Origin: Thecamonas trahens ATCC 50062
Taxonomy: Eukaryota; Protista; Apusomonadida
Direction: 5' to 3'
DNA length: 64,000 nucleotides
Assembly (NCBI RefSeq): GCF_000142905.1
Contig: NW_013657640.1
Coordinates: 274,343 to 338,342, forward strand
The notes beneath the pieces were generated by a model. The model saw nothing but the letters and a program-made list of their open reading frames with translations. It was not told the origin of the DNA and did not search any database. A program made the position numbers and the translations under genes. Below, in pieces: positions 30,401 to 42,272 of this stretch. Within the stretch, counting starts at the first letter, position 1. Each line of letters opens with the position of its first letter.

Positions 30401-31642
30401 GGCCTGCAGCTCGTCCATGGCGGCCGCCTGCTGGCGGGCACTCTCGGCCTCGGCCTCAAGAACCTCAATCCGCTGGGTGGCGGCGCTCGCCTCATTCCGG
30501 GCGGCGTCACTCTGGCCCTCGGCATCACGGAGGAGAGTCTCAAGCTCGGCGACCTGTGCGCGGAGCGCGGCGTTGGCGTCGCGCACGACGTCTACAGAGC
30601 CCGGGGTGTTGGAGGTGCTCGACCCGGACTTGGCCGCGTCCAGTTCGGTCCGCAGCTCTTCCACCTGGCTCAGCAGCTCCTCGGTAAATTCGATGAGCGC
30701 CTCACGCTCCTCGTCGGCCGACGCCGGCGCAGCACCGTCCGGGAGCGAGCTCGGTGCCAGCCGGGCCGTCGACTCGACGTCCAGCACTCTTGCCTTGAGC
30801 GCCTCGTTCTCGGCCGCGAGTTCGGCGGCCTGGACCGCGTGCAGCCCCTTTTGCTCGAGCATCGACTTGAGAACCTTAATGTACGCACGCTGCTCCTCAG
30901 CGACCTGTGCTTCACCGCGGAGATTCTCCAGCAACTCATCACGCTCGGCCTTGAGGCTGCGGATCGCGGCCGAGTCGGCGCGGGTCGCCACTGCAGTACC
31001 TGGGCGAGTCATCTTGTTCGGCTCAGCGTTCTCCGCCCCAGCCGCGAGCTTGGCCTTGAGTGTGTCGCGCTGGACAAAGAGCTTGCGAATGCGAGCGTTG
31101 GCTGCTTTGAGCTCCTTCTCTAGCCGAGCGATGCGGGCATTCGCAGCGCGATTCGACTTTGCACTCGCAGCTGCGCTCGACGCCGGCGTCCGGGCTGTTC
31201 GGGCCGACTTTCCGCCATCGGCATCATCGCCTTCTGCAAGGACCGCAACTGCAAGCGGCATCTGCTTCACATGGGCCTTTTCCACCGGAAGCGGATGGGC
31301 CGGAGCGAGCTGAGCCACTCGCTCCTCAGTCAAAGCCAGCTGGCCACGCAAGGCCGCCACGGTCTTTGTCAGCGAGAGCAAGTCACGCGCCTGTGCTTGA
31401 ACCTTTGCCGCCAGTCGGGCATCCAGGCGCCCGCCTCCAGCACCCGCACCCGCACCAGCACCCGCACCAGCACCAGCACCAGCACCAGCACCCGAGCCAG
31501 TAGCTCCCGTCGGCCCTTGCCGTGTCGTCCATGACCGGCTATGGGAGGTGGCCGACTTGACGGGAGTGGGTGCTCCTGCAGACTGCACAGGGGAAGTAGG
31601 CGCAGTTGGCTCCACAGGCACCCGTGCTCGTGGCACCTCCAT
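27500..31642 (-). CDS. Long coiled-coil protein with a C-terminal WW-like motif
   Basis: 1380-aa Ala/Glu/Leu heptad-rich ORF ending VWIKKGAGAVVYYKNAATGEVRRDLP. Confidence 0.85.
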   Translation of the reverse strand: MEVPRARVPVEPTAPTSPVQSAGAPTPVKSATSHSRSWTTRQGPTGATGSGAGAGAGAGAGAGAGAGAGGGRLDARLAAKVQAQARDLLSLTKTVAALRGQLALTEERVAQLAPAHPLPVEKAHVKQMPLAVAVLAEGDDADGGKSARTARTPASSAAASAKSNRAANARIARLEKELKAANARIRKLFVQRDTLKAKLAAGAENAEPNKMTRPGTAVATRADSAAIRSLKAERDELLENLRGEAQVAEEQRAYIKVLKSMLEQKGLHAVQAAELAAENEALKARVLDVESTARLAPSSLPDGAAPASADEEREALIEFTEELLSQVEELRTELDAAKSGSSTSNTPGSVDVVRDANAALRAQVAELETLLRDAEGQSDAARNEASAATQRIEVLEAEAESARQQAAAMDELQAEVLDQLASCREAADAASVTAARADRLERQLADARESADRAVADADAARARIADLSATAQQAKLDAMAQVQEAQLAAQSAAAQAEMQRQALTGKVESLEAALDAAKSTVDSANASLRAALDDNAELSARVAALERRVAKADGRADTAEAAASSLREQLDELAPFKDAATKSAAELESAKALVAELSASLEETAASEAKLRAAAETNAALVAHAKSIEPQLERLVEENGRLFAAVSAAEDASDELQRAALANEALAARVDNLVTQNDYLRHELSKDVTRQRAERDELQANLDSQTARVISQASLHGELQVVNVALREENRRLYDAVDELSAKLRVLEAATGIENPEELADEAPVGGDSVASLQALRSENAALRLRIRQLAKDLTLTRNEVTEATDALADVLVGESEPAGNESDAARARLVNLVHTLRAQIRSKSIEVEALQDEVRQLQKYATVARKAGAGGLDGPPASLREWRMASGGADDGTFRGDSAPPGSLSPAEAAALKEEHGKAVSALKARIVELESVASSLRSQLNGMSLASASTTSHGSYERELMAADMGRLRDDLARVADDRFELEGMLNKARNEAATLRASVESLNREKLALERNLREATSQLKRAKAGLATQPGASSGRAGAGADAINNQYEQIKELRTKLQESYDEFRAAQASALAAGKDKMQLVVQLEAAKRTAAAATARADAAEASAAAAAKRAAAADDDAVRLRSALAEALSAKETAQGAAATAADAMRKLEAAVADADRNSTSAMSATLREHAQTVSDLHNKLDRRSQEVVQLELQVAALQADRVELVGEISLLQHELRLAREEANEGSVLARSLELELDGVEQSVVRAEALALHGESQLKVVGDRLDASIKAVRDGGVAASVAHLESSNRDMQAELGRLEGDREASPLKREALAGPPASDGPPSPSSHHPQPPAVPSDNVWIKKGAGAVVYYKNAATGEVRRDLPSGAVLAP

Positions 31643-33260
31643 GCCTGCTACGTAGTGTCGAGTCGAGTGGTCTGGTCCTGGGTCGTCCCCAAGGGTGGTA
31701 GTGGCTGGCTGGCTGCCGGTTGGCTGCTTGCCGTTTTTGGCGCCAAAGAGGCGAAATGGCGCCGAGCTGTTGGGCTAACCGGTCGACGGTGACAACAAGC
31801 CAGTTTGACGGTGCCGAACCAGCTGACGCTCCCGAGTCAGTCGACGGTACCGAACCATCCGAGCTATGGTTGTATAAAGCTAGATCGCTGTCATACGGCA
31901 CCCTGGACCTCATGTATCTTGCTCTTGATGGGGGCAAGATGGCAGATGGGCAAGATCTGCGCGCCGTCACACAGGCCATGGCACAAGATCGCATCGCTAC
32001 GATGTGACGGATGGATTGCTGCCTCGGAGCAGCATGGTGTTCTGTGGTTGCGCTGCTGGTTTTGTCGTGTTAGTAGTGCTCTTCGTAACCTCCGTTTGGT
32101 TTTGCCTTGGATGTCCGAGGTGTGTCGGTCGTAGGCGCCTGCGACGCGCGTGGGGAGAAAGAACATCAGGCTATTGGATGCACATGACCTAGAACGATTG
32201 GCACACTTATCCGCTTTACTCCTTTACCGCTCTTTGGGTTGCAGCAGCTCTATTGTACGAGTCCACGTGCCAATCGGCGCAGGTTTGATGCCGGAGACAC
32301 TGAGCGTGTTGGTTGGTTGCTCATGTGCCAAGTGAGTGATCTCAATGATCTTTTGTCGCCTTGTGCCAGGATGCCCGCCTCCCCCACACATTGCCACACA
32401 TGGACACATCCCATGATCCCACCCCTCTCCCACCCATACGACAACCACTACCCATACTTCAGTCCATACGCTGACCCCCCCCCTCCAGCTCCGTCACCCA
32501 ATCTCCCATCGCCCAGCCCATCACCCTCTACCGCTCATGCTCGTTCTCCGGCCGAAACACTCTCTCGGTGGCCGGGCGAGCGGTCGCTCCGCTGGGTTCG
32601 ACGGCTTGATTTCCTCGCATTTACTGTGGTGACCATCTTTGCCAGCACATCGTCCCAATTGGCACGGTCAGCCGCGTGTACGCGAACGCCGTTCGATGGC
32701 CCACGTACACACGAGAATTGGGCGCCCAGAGGGCGCGCGTGGTCATCATCGTCGCGCATCGTCATCAGAAAGGGTGAGTGGGTGGGATCCCGCTCCGTCG
32801 TAGCCGACTCTGTCGACGCCATCGGAGCTCTATGCAAAGTATGGTGTCAGCCGCTTCGCTTCGCTCAGCCGGCCGCGAGTGTTGGCGACTCGCAGCAGTC
32901 GCTGACCAACCAACCGCCGACTCGGTCGACCAGCCGAGCCCCACGCTGTTCCCCCGCCGCTGCCCCGCCGCACTACCCCCCCCTTTCAGCGAACACGTTA
33001 CCATTCAACTTGAGTTTGTCAAGCCATACCAATCACACGTACGCGAGGCGAAGCACGTCCTCACACCCACCACTTGCGCATTCGCTGAGCAGAGCTCGCT
33101 GTGGTGGCTGCTGGAAGGTGTTGCGGCGGACGGAAGAACCTTTTTTTGACGGCTTTTTCGTTGTCTGTCCTTTGGCCAAAAAGGCCGACAAAGAGCACAT
33201 TGACGACGGAGCTGTGCGATCGGGGACATGCTTTATAGGTTAGAGTTGGCATGGGGATCC

Positions 33261-36200
33261 ATGGCTGGCCGCAAGAGTCGAGGACATGTTGGGAGGGCTG
33301 AGCGGAGGGTGCGTAGTGGTGGTGGCAATGTTGCGCTGCTCCCTGTCCTGGTGCTCTTGCTCGTCGGGCTTGGATACGTCGCGAGCGGCGACTGCGTCAT
33401 TGAGTACGTCGAGCCGAGCAGCAATCTGATGAGTGGCGCCATCTCGAACCCAACGGGAATGGTGGCAAGCATGCTCGACGCCGGAACGGCTTATCTGGAC
33501 GTGGCTGTCATCGACTTTACCAACAATGGGGTGTATGTCATCACCAGGACCGGTGGCGGTGGATGGAATGCCCCTAGTCTCGTCGATAACACTAAGGAGG
33601 AGCCGTTCCTCCTTGTGGCCGAGGACGCAGATGGAGACGGGAGCCCGGACGTGATTGTGCCATACTCGGGCGACACCGACAGTGTAGTGATCTATTGGAA
33701 CGTCGGGCACGACGCCACCTTTCCCAACGTGCCGACAGTTCTCGACACCATGGCGGACACCGACCCGTACTCTGCAGCGATTGGCGACATCAACGCTGAC
33801 GGCATGATCGACGTTGTCTACACAGCGTTCTGGGGAGACTTTGTGGGCGTTTTTCTCGGCACAGGCACCGGAACGTTTGCAGCGTCGAGCGATGATCTGA
33901 CCTCCAGCCTAGGCGGCATCTACAGCATTGTGTCGCCGAGGCAAGTTGCGGTCCATGACATGGACGCTGATGGCTTTGACGACATCATCTACGTTTGTTC
34001 AGACACCCACATGGTGGTTATTCTTCCCGGGCGGTCTGACATCGACTCGGTGCTGGCGACGTCGGCCGCTGTCGTCGACTACCTCGCCGACGGCGTGTTC
34101 AACTTTGCCGTCGGCGACCTTGACCAGGACGGTGACCTGGACATTGTGGCATCCATCACGGAGGACAGTGTCATTCGGGTGTACTACAATTTGGGAAGCA
34201 TGTTGTTTACCCAGCCGGCGACCATCGGCGCCGCCCATATGCTTCCGTACACCATTGCGCTCGGCGACGTCTCTGGCGACGGTTGGCTCGACATTGTGTA
34301 CGTGGCGTCAGGCTCGGATCTCGTCGGCTGGATTCCGGCCGAGGTCGGCGGCACGTTTGTGCTGCCGCCGCAAAAGATGTCTGCGCTCACGGCGCCGCAT
34401 GGCGCTGTTGTCGGGGACTTTGACGGCGACGGGCAGGTTGATGCCGGGGCGGTGAGTGAGTCGACCGGCGAGGTGGTGTACTACACCTTTTCGGCGAGCG
34501 CCTCGCCGCTGACTGCGACGCCGCGGATTGTGACAGCCACCACCGAGGGGGCACAGGCCGTCGACGTGGTCGACTTTAACAACGACGGCTTTGTCGACAC
34601 GCTCGTCGCGTCATGGCTCGATCGGTCGGTGACAGTTTGGTTCAATGACGGGCGCGGCTCGTTCCAGGGCTCCAACGGCGCCGAAGGACGGGTCTCGCAG
34701 GCCATTCACAAGGACATCACCCTCACCCCCGGCGCAGTGGTTGCGGTCGATGTCGACGGCGATGGCCTGTTTGACGCTCTCGCCGGCTACGAGGATGTCT
34801 CGCACCCGGTCACTTGGTGGCGCAACACCGGTGACGGGGTGTTTGAAACAACGCCGCGGACGGTCGGGACGTGCGGGCTTGAGGCGCGCCGGGTCCGCAA
34901 GGCAGACTTTAACGGCGACGGACTACCGGACGTGGTGATGGTGTGCATGGACCCTGAGGCCGACGTCAAGGCGTTTATCAACATCGACGGTGGCGCAAGC
35001 TGGACTGAGCTGTTGCTCTACCGTTACACGCCAGCAGTGTGGGACGAATATCTGTATGTCGACGTTGCGGTGGCCGACTTGGACAATGACAACCGACCGG
35101 ATGTGGTGGTTGTCGAGGGCTTTTCCGGCAAGGTGGCGTACATACGCAACCTGAACGGGACAACCTTTGCTCCCGCCACCATCATTGATAACGCACCCAG
35201 CAGCGATCCGATCTCTGTCGCGCTCTGCGATGTCGACGCCAACGGCGGCATCGACGTGGTGGTAGGCCTCCTGGACCCGGTGCCCAAAGTGGTGCTCTAC
35301 CAGCAGACGGGGGCGGGTACACTCAGCTTTGCGCCTCCGATTACGCTCGGCGGAACTTACACTGAGCCGTGGGCTGTGGCGTGCGGCGATGTAACCGGCG
35401 ACGGCGCAGTTGACATTGTTGTTGGCGACTACGCTGAGCCGGGGCCGCTGGTGTGGTACCGCAACGACGGGAGTGGCAGCTTTTCTCCGCAGACCGTCCT
35501 TGGCACGTACGACAATATCTTTGAGATTTCCATCGCCGACGTCAACTCGGATGGACTCAATGACGTTCTGGTAGCGGCGTCCGGCGAGAACATGGTGTTT
35601 GCAGTGTATCAGCAGCGGCTGCTGTCGGCTGCTGTGGAGCGTGCAAAGTTGCCGGAGCTCGCACCCGGACTATCACCGACGGTTCCGCAGCTGCACTACG
35701 AACTCAACACAGCCTCGCGGTGCTCGGCGCAGCGGCTGGATCTGCCAGCCGGGATGGTGGCGCGCGGTTGCGCGGCATCGGGCTATCTGGTGGTGCCGAG
35801 CGGGGTCGACTGGACCATTGCTGGGCCACCTGGGGTTTTGCGAGCGACCGGCCGGTGCTCTCGTGCGGTGGCGATGGCGGCGTCATGTTCAAGGTCGAGG
35901 CTGGAGCAAAGCTGGTCATCTCGGACGTGGACCTCGAGGGCGCCACGATTGCGGCCAGCTTTGATGCATCGACCGGCCTGCGGGTCTCGGGAGCGGGCGC
36001 AATTCTGCGGCTGATCAACGTGACCGTCTCCGGCTTTTCGTCGGTGAGTGCGTCGCCGTTCCAGTACCTCGGCGGGCACGGCGGAGCGGTGGCGGTGACC
36101 GATGGCGGGCGGCTGGAGGTGATTGGCTCGACCTTTGCCGGTAACTCGGCCAAGACGACTGGCGGCGCGGTGGCGCTGCTTGGCGACGAGCCGACTGCGT

Positions 36201-39200
36201 CGTTTGTGGCGACAACGTTTGTCAACAACGAGGCGCTTGGCGATGGCGGTGGCGCGGTGGCAGTCCTCTCGCGCGGCGGTAGTGTGAGCTTCACGGAAGG
36301 AAGCAAGGTGGTCGACAACCACGCGCCAAGTGGATGTGGCGGCGGGATGCTCATCGAGTCTGCGGCTGAGGACGTTCGGCTGACGCTGAGCGATACCTTG
36401 GTGTGCTCGAACACGGCCGGAAAGCTCGGCGGCGGCCTGGCCGCCTTTGCCGGCTCGGGCGTCGAGGTGGTGAGCTCCAGTGGCTCGGTGTTTGCCGACA
36501 ACAGTGCGCGCGCCGGCGGCGGCATCGCCGCCATGGCCGCAAGCTACACTGTGCCGGCGTTCAGCACGTTTTCGTCTGCGGCGCTCGCGCGTGCGCCAGC
36601 CGGAAGCGGCACCGGCAATGCTACGATTGCGTTTGAGGCTGGCGCGGTGCTCGGTCACAACAAGGCGGTGTACGGCGGTGGACTGTTTGGCTGCGGCGCG
36701 GTCGTTGATGCGCGGGCATTGAGCATGAGCGGCGTGCCGCAGGCGAGCACTGGTGGCGGGTTTGGCTTCTACTGTCTCCTTAGCGACGGTAGCGCGCCTC
36801 AAGGCGAGTCGTGGCTGCTGGCGCCTGTGGTGGGGGGAGTGAGCGGCACGAGCGGCGGGTACGGACAACTGTTTGCTACACCTCCGGTTGCACTCACCTC
36901 TATGCAGATGCCGATGGGCGTGTCGTCGGGCGTGGCGCTCGGTGCCGGCTACGCAGTTGCTTATGACGGATACGGGCAGCTTGTTGTTGACGACGGCCTC
37001 GTGCTCGATGTGACCGAGTCAAGCGGAGCCGGCATTGTTGTGACCGGCGCCGAGGTCGGGATCGGGTTCTCGGGGGTGACCGGGCAGGCGCCGCTGCAGG
37101 GCGTGGCGCTTGCTGTGCCTGTGGCGGTTCTCCCGCACACGGGCACGCTTCGGCTGCGGATCAGGACCGAGGTGGCGAGCGGGGTGGTGGTGATTGAGAT
37201 GAACGTGGGCGTGAACATTGGACTCTGCTCGCGTGGGCTTGGAGCGGATAGCTCGAGCGGGCTCGGCGGCGGCGTGCTTGTGTGCTCGGCGTGCGATGAG
37301 GGCTCTTACTCGGACGAAGAGACTGCGGGTGCTTGCCGCGCGATTCCGCCTTGTCCAGCGCTCTCGCAGCGACCGAGCCAGAACAACGCTACGCATCTTG
37401 TGCCGTGCGAGTGTGAGGCCGGGACGTGGACTCCAGAGGCTGTGGTGACGGAGCCGTGCCGAGCGTGTCCGAAGGGGCCGAGTGCGACGGCGGGTACGCG
37501 GCACCTGTAGCACAGCCAGGATGGAAGCAGATCGATGACGTGCCGACGTTTGCGGCGTGTCCGATCGGCTCTGCCTGCCTCGGCGGGCGTGCGACGATCG
37601 AATGCGGGCCGGGCTACGAGCCAGACGGGTACCTGTGCCGGCTGTGTGCGCCGAGTGCGTACCGATTCTCGGACGGGACATGCAAGCCTTGCCCAACGGG
37701 CTCGCTCTCTCGGTTCTGGGCGTTTGTATTTGGCATTGCGATTGTGGCGATGGCGGCAGTGTGCGTGGTGGTCTTCACCACCCGCGTGGTGGAGCAGGGC
37801 GGCGAGGCGCGGCCGGCGCCGCCGCAGTCTGAGCGGACCAAGCTCATTCCGCATGCGCTCTCAGTGGCGCTGGTGTACATCCAGATCTTGGGTCTCCTTG
37901 CTGACGCGCCGTTCAACTGGCCGGAGACGCCTGTGCGCAAGGCGCTGCGCGCGGCCAACGTGGCCAACGTGGACCTCGCGATTTTCTCGACCGATTGTAC
38001 CATCAAGGACTTTGCGACGCGGTATTTGGTGTCTGTGGCGGTCCCGCTGGTGTTTGCTGGGTGGATGGTTGCCATTGTGGCCGGAGTCAAGGCGCTCGGA
38101 CGATGCATGGCGTGTGCGGCGCGGACGCGGATGGCGACGATTTCGGGGTGGACGCTGGCCGGACGGGTGCTGTTCTCGTTTGGCCCGCTCCTCTACATCC
38201 CGGTCTGCAAGTCTGCGCTTGTGTTTTTCGACTGCACGCGGCTGCCTGACGGCAACTATTACCTCGATGCCAACCTTGACGAGCAGTGCTTTGTGGGGAC
38301 GTGGATGCGACTGTTCCCGATTGCGCTCGTGGCGCTTGTGCTGTATGTGGCAGCGCTGCCGCTGTTCTTTGCTACGGTGCTGTGGCGAAACCGAGGCCGG
38401 CTCGGCGAGCCGCAGGTCCAGCTCCGGTACGGGCCGATCTACCTGCAGTATCGCAGTGCGTACTTTTGGTTCGAAGTTGCGCAGCTGGTCAAGCGGCTGA
38501 TGATTGTGTGCGTGGCGCTGTTTTTCTCGCGGATCGAGGTGTGGCTCTTTGGCGGTCTGTTTGTCATCTTCCTCTCGTACCGCACGTTCCAGCTCAAGCA
38601 CGCGCCGTTCTTTTTCCCAGTCCACAACACGCTCGAGGCGCGACTGAGCGCGGCGATTGTGGTCTTACTCACCTGCGGCGTCCTGTTCTGGGCCAACAAG
38701 TTCCCGAACCAGACGACGTACGTGGTGGTCGCGGTTGTGGCGATGGCAGCAATCTCGATTTCGATCCTAGTCCTCCTCGCAGCAGCGGCCGAGGAGATCG
38801 GGACGACGGTGAAGCACAAGCGGGAGCAGCGGCGGGTTGGCAGCGGGCGAAGTAGCGGCGGCAGCTCGCTCACTCTCCGCGATACGGAGTTTCTTACCCT
38901 CCTCTCGCGGCATGTCCCGGATCTGGAGCACCCGGAGCTTGCGGTGCCGATGTACCACGTTCACTCGAGGTTCCGCGATGATGCCGGTGGCGACGAAGGG
39001 AGCATGACCAACAGCGAGACGAGCGACGGCATGGATGCCGGGTTTCCATCGAACAAGGAGGTCATGCCGCGGTGGGCGACCGTAAGCGGCGGCTCGGGCT
39101 TGGGACGCGAGCGCAGCCAGATCGATTCGCCCAGCGGCATCGGCCGCTCATCTAGGCGCATCTCATCGTCAGTCGACTTGTTTGTCGAATCGGACGAGGA

Positions 39201-39258
39201 CGTCCCGCTCGATGTAATGAGCACGCCAGCGTTGGACAGTAGTCAGGGCCGCGGATGA
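33261..39258 (+). CDS. About 2000-aa surface receptor: signal peptide, FG-GAP/VCBS repeats, GGA(I/V)/FxxN beta-helix repeats, GCC2/GCC3 Cys-rich region, multi-pass TM; two apparent frameshifts (near 35833 and 37475)
   Basis: Three overlapping ORFs (33228..36014, 35720..37510, 37426..39258) join at G runs. Many DxDGDGxxD motifs, FAGNSAKTTGGAVAL-type repeats, and a TM module with YGPIYLQYRSAYFWFE. Confidence 0.82.
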
Positions 39259-40976
39259 GGAGCCGGACGAGCCGGACGCGACTGGCGACGAGGGGCAGCG
39301 GACGCGGCTGGAGGCAGCGGGCGGCCAGGAGTAAAGTGCGAGCGGTCGCGGAGGGTGCGCGAGGCCGGGCGCGGGCGGGCGCGGTGTTGCACGGTGACCG
39401 GGCGGATGGTGAGGGCAGGACCGAGCGACGAGGGGGTAGGTGGGCGCGAGGCGCGGGCCGACGGCGGAAGTACGGCCGACGGTGGGCGGCTCGACGGCGG
39501 CGGGAGCGGCGAGAGGCGGCGGACGGAGCGGCCGTGGACGCCCATGTCTGCACGGTCACGACCGAGCGGCGGGAGGCGCTGGGCGTGCGAGGCCGAGGCG
39601 ACCGACCGAGCGCGGTGGGGCGGGCCAGCCGGCTGCGGCGGGAGGCGGGCCGGCAGCGCGGTCGGCCGCGAGCCGAGGACCGAGAGCGGCGGTGGGACAC
39701 GAGCGACGGTGCGACGCGGCGGTGCGGCGCGCGATGGGCGCGGTGGACGCAGCGGCGAGCGGCGGGGCAGCGACCGGGCGTCGAGCCGGACCACGCCCGG
39801 CGGCGTCGCCGGCTGGCTGGCAACGAGCTCTGGTGGGGCGGCCCGCGGCTGCGGGGCCAGATCAAGCGGCGGGAGTGGCGATGAGGAGACCGGCGGCGGC
39901 GGGCGTGGCGGCGATGGGAGCGATGGCGAGTGCGGGGTGAGCATGTCACGAGCGAGTGGGGCGAGAACGGGCGCGACAGCACGCCAGATAACATCAAAGA
40001 CGCTGTCGAGAATCTGGCCGCGGAGCGACGGTGCCGGATCCAGCGGTGGAAAGCCGGCGCGCTCGCGGCGCTTGGCTATGTAGGAAAAATAGGAGAGGCG
40101 GCGCGAGGAGCCGACGCCGCCGCAGTGGCGACGCGAGGCAAATGCCGATGGCGGCTGAGCAAGGTCAAGCGGCGGCGGGCCAAGCGCGAGCATCTCCTCG
40201 ACGACGCCGTCGGCGGCAAAGAGCTCTTCATCCGCCAAGCCGTAGTCTTCAGCAGTCGCGCGTGGCGGCGGAGATCCGGCGACGAGCAGCCCGGCCATGG
40301 AGGTTGGCGAGGGAACGGCGGCGAGCGGATGCGACGGCGGCGGCGAGACGATGGTGGCAGCAGGCGGAGCGTCGTCACCATCCGCGGAGAGTGTCGGCAG
40401 CAGCGAGGTACCCTCTGTGCGGAGCATGGGGCGTGTGGCACGCCAGACATCAATCTCGTCGGCGATGGCACGCGGAGCGGCAACGAGGCGCGACGGAGCT
40501 CGGCGGGAGCGAGGCGCAGCGGCCGATGCAGGAGGCGGGTGGAGTGCGGGAGCGATGTTCTGAAGTGGCGCATAGAGACGGGTGATGGCTGCGTCCCAAG
40601 CACGGGCAAGCGCGCGAGAGTCATCGGGATGTGTATGCGAGAGATGGACAGCAATGGTGTCGTGGTGATTGTCGATGTCGTCGACAGAGGACTCATACTC
40701 GACGACCAGGACTCTGTCGTCATCGATGGCGATCTCGTCCGAGTAGCCCTCTGTCCACTCTGTGCCATCACGTGACCAATCGGTATCGGTCTCATCTCCG
40801 GACCCTCTGCGAGTCGAGAGCGATAATTTGGAGTAGGCCTCCAGCTCGTTCATCGATGTCTTCAAGCGCCCGGTGCCCGTCTCACTCTCACTCTCCCCAG
40901 AGCCAGACGACAGGGAGAGCGAGCCTGCCTCGTCTCCCCCCTCTCTGCCCCCTCTCGCCCTCCCTGCCCGTGTCAT
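39243..40976 (-). CDS. FAM149 (DUF3719)-like ciliary protein
   Basis: EIDVWRATRPMLRTEG, EELFAADGVVEEMLA and ILDSVFDVIW resemble conserved FAM149 blocks. Start MTRAGR follows a C-rich leader. Confidence 0.65.
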   Translation of the reverse strand: MTRAGRARGGREGGDEAGSLSLSSGSGESESETGTGRLKTSMNELEAYSKLSLSTRRGSGDETDTDWSRDGTEWTEGYSDEIAIDDDRVLVVEYESSVDDIDNHHDTIAVHLSHTHPDDSRALARAWDAAITRLYAPLQNIAPALHPPPASAAAPRSRRAPSRLVAAPRAIADEIDVWRATRPMLRTEGTSLLPTLSADGDDAPPAATIVSPPPSHPLAAVPSPTSMAGLLVAGSPPPRATAEDYGLADEELFAADGVVEEMLALGPPPLDLAQPPSAFASRRHCGGVGSSRRLSYFSYIAKRRERAGFPPLDPAPSLRGQILDSVFDVIWRAVAPVLAPLARDMLTPHSPSLPSPPRPPPPVSSSPLPPLDLAPQPRAAPPELVASQPATPPGVVRLDARSLPRRSPLRPPRPSRAAPPRRTVARVPPPLSVLGSRPTALPARLPPQPAGPPHRARSVASASHAQRLPPLGRDRADMGVHGRSVRRLSPLPPPSSRPPSAVLPPSARASRPPTPSSLGPALTIRPVTVQHRARPRPASRTLRDRSHFTPGRPLPPAASAAPRRQSRPARPAPHPRP

Positions 40977-41144
40977 GTCTGCGGTTGGAGTGGGGCGTGG
41001 GGTGTGGGGTGAGTTGGGAGTGGGGTGACGGAGGGCGGAGGGCGGAGGGGCGGTGGAGTGGTGGGGAGGGGGTGTGGGGTGGGGATTGGGGATGGGGATG
41101 GGGATGATGGTGGTGTGTGTGTGTGTTTGTGTGTGGGTGTGTGG

Positions 41145-41250
41145 GTGTGTAGGGTGGATGGGGATGGTGATGGTGGTGGTGGTGATGGTGATGGTGGTGG
41201 TGGTGATGGTGATGGTGGTGGTGGTGGTGGTGGTGGTGGTGGTGGTGGTG
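41145..41250. repeat. (GGT/GAT)n microsatellite
   Basis: Visible tandem repeat between divergent genes. Confidence 0.8.
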
Positions 41251-41390
41251 AAGGCGATGACCATGCTGATGGCGATACGAGTGGCGACATAGGCGGCACT
41301 GCCAGTGATACTGGTGGCCGTACTGATGGCGATGGCGATGCTGATGGCCTCGGCGTGTGTCCTGGCAGTGACTGCGACTCGGCGCAGGCC

Positions 41391-42173
41391 ATGATGGGCG
41401 ACCGCGGTCCGGCTATGACTGGCCACTACCTCTCTACCAGCTGGAGCTGGAGCTGGAGGCGAGGTTCGACGTGTGCGGTGGTCATGGGGCGGGTCTCGTT
41501 CTCGGTCTCTGGCGTGTCTGTTCCGGGCTCACTGTGCGGCCTTGTCATGGCGGCGGCGTTTGCGGTGAGCGAGTCGACGGTGGTGAGGGTGGTGCTGGGC
41601 TTGGTGGCGGCGGGCATGACGGCGATGGCCATGGTGGCGAGCCGAGAGTACACGCTCTTCCACTGGAGGGCATCGCTGGTGGCAAAGGACGGCCTTCCGG
41701 CACACGGTGCACTGTCGGTGGTCGACTACACACCGCCGATGGCCATGGTGCCGGCGAAGGAGAGCTCGGCCGCGGGCGCGCGGTGGATGAAGGCTGTCGT
41801 CGGCGCGCTTGGTCTTGACTCGGGCCCTCGGTTTGAGCGATCGGACGAGGGATCAAGCGTGGCGCCCAAGCAGGCGCTGGTGCTGCGGGTGTGGTGGCCG
41901 GCTGAGGCGCTGCTGTCGGCGGTGAGGCTGTTCTCGCCGCTGCATGTGCTCGTGCTCTCGCTGGCCCGCGAGCCTGACGGCAGGTGGAGCGAGGCCGGCG
42001 CCTTTGGCTACTTGTTGGTGTGCGGCATGGTTTGGGCTGTGGCGGCCAAGATTGACGCGCACGTCGAGAGTGTTGAGTTGCTGCTGGAGCAGGTCATCCG
42101 CGAGGAGCAGGTGTTTGCCGACAAGCTCGCGCCGACGCTGTGGCGCGAGGCGGCGACGCAGACGTCGCGGTGA
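41391..42173 (+). CDS. Nur1/Mug154 (DUF2418)-like nuclear-rim membrane protein; start uncertain
   Basis: TM pair followed by REYTLF, then LRVWWP...LFSPLHVL and LLEQVIREE. Confidence 0.55.
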   Translation: MMGDRGPAMTGHYLSTSWSWSWRRGSTCAVVMGRVSFSVSGVSVPGSLCGLVMAAAFAVSESTVVRVVLGLVAAGMTAMAMVASREYTLFHWRASLVAKDGLPAHGALSVVDYTPPMAMVPAKESSAAGARWMKAVVGALGLDSGPRFERSDEGSSVAPKQALVLRVWWPAEALLSAVRLFSPLHVLVLSLAREPDGRWSEAGAFGYLLVCGMVWAVAAKIDAHVESVELLLEQVIREEQVFADKLAPTLWREAATQTSR

Positions 42174-42272
42174 GCGTAGGGGAGGGGAGGGGGGGGGGGG
42201 GCGAGGGCGGGCAGCGGGACAGCGGTTTACTACACGGTAAGCCAGAGCCGAATGGCAGCGTGGCAAGGCTAG

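Noticed and set aside
31720-33243. Short ORFs in the 1.6-kb region between divergent genes
   Set aside because: No recognisable domain or consistent splice model. A small spliced gene cannot be excluded.
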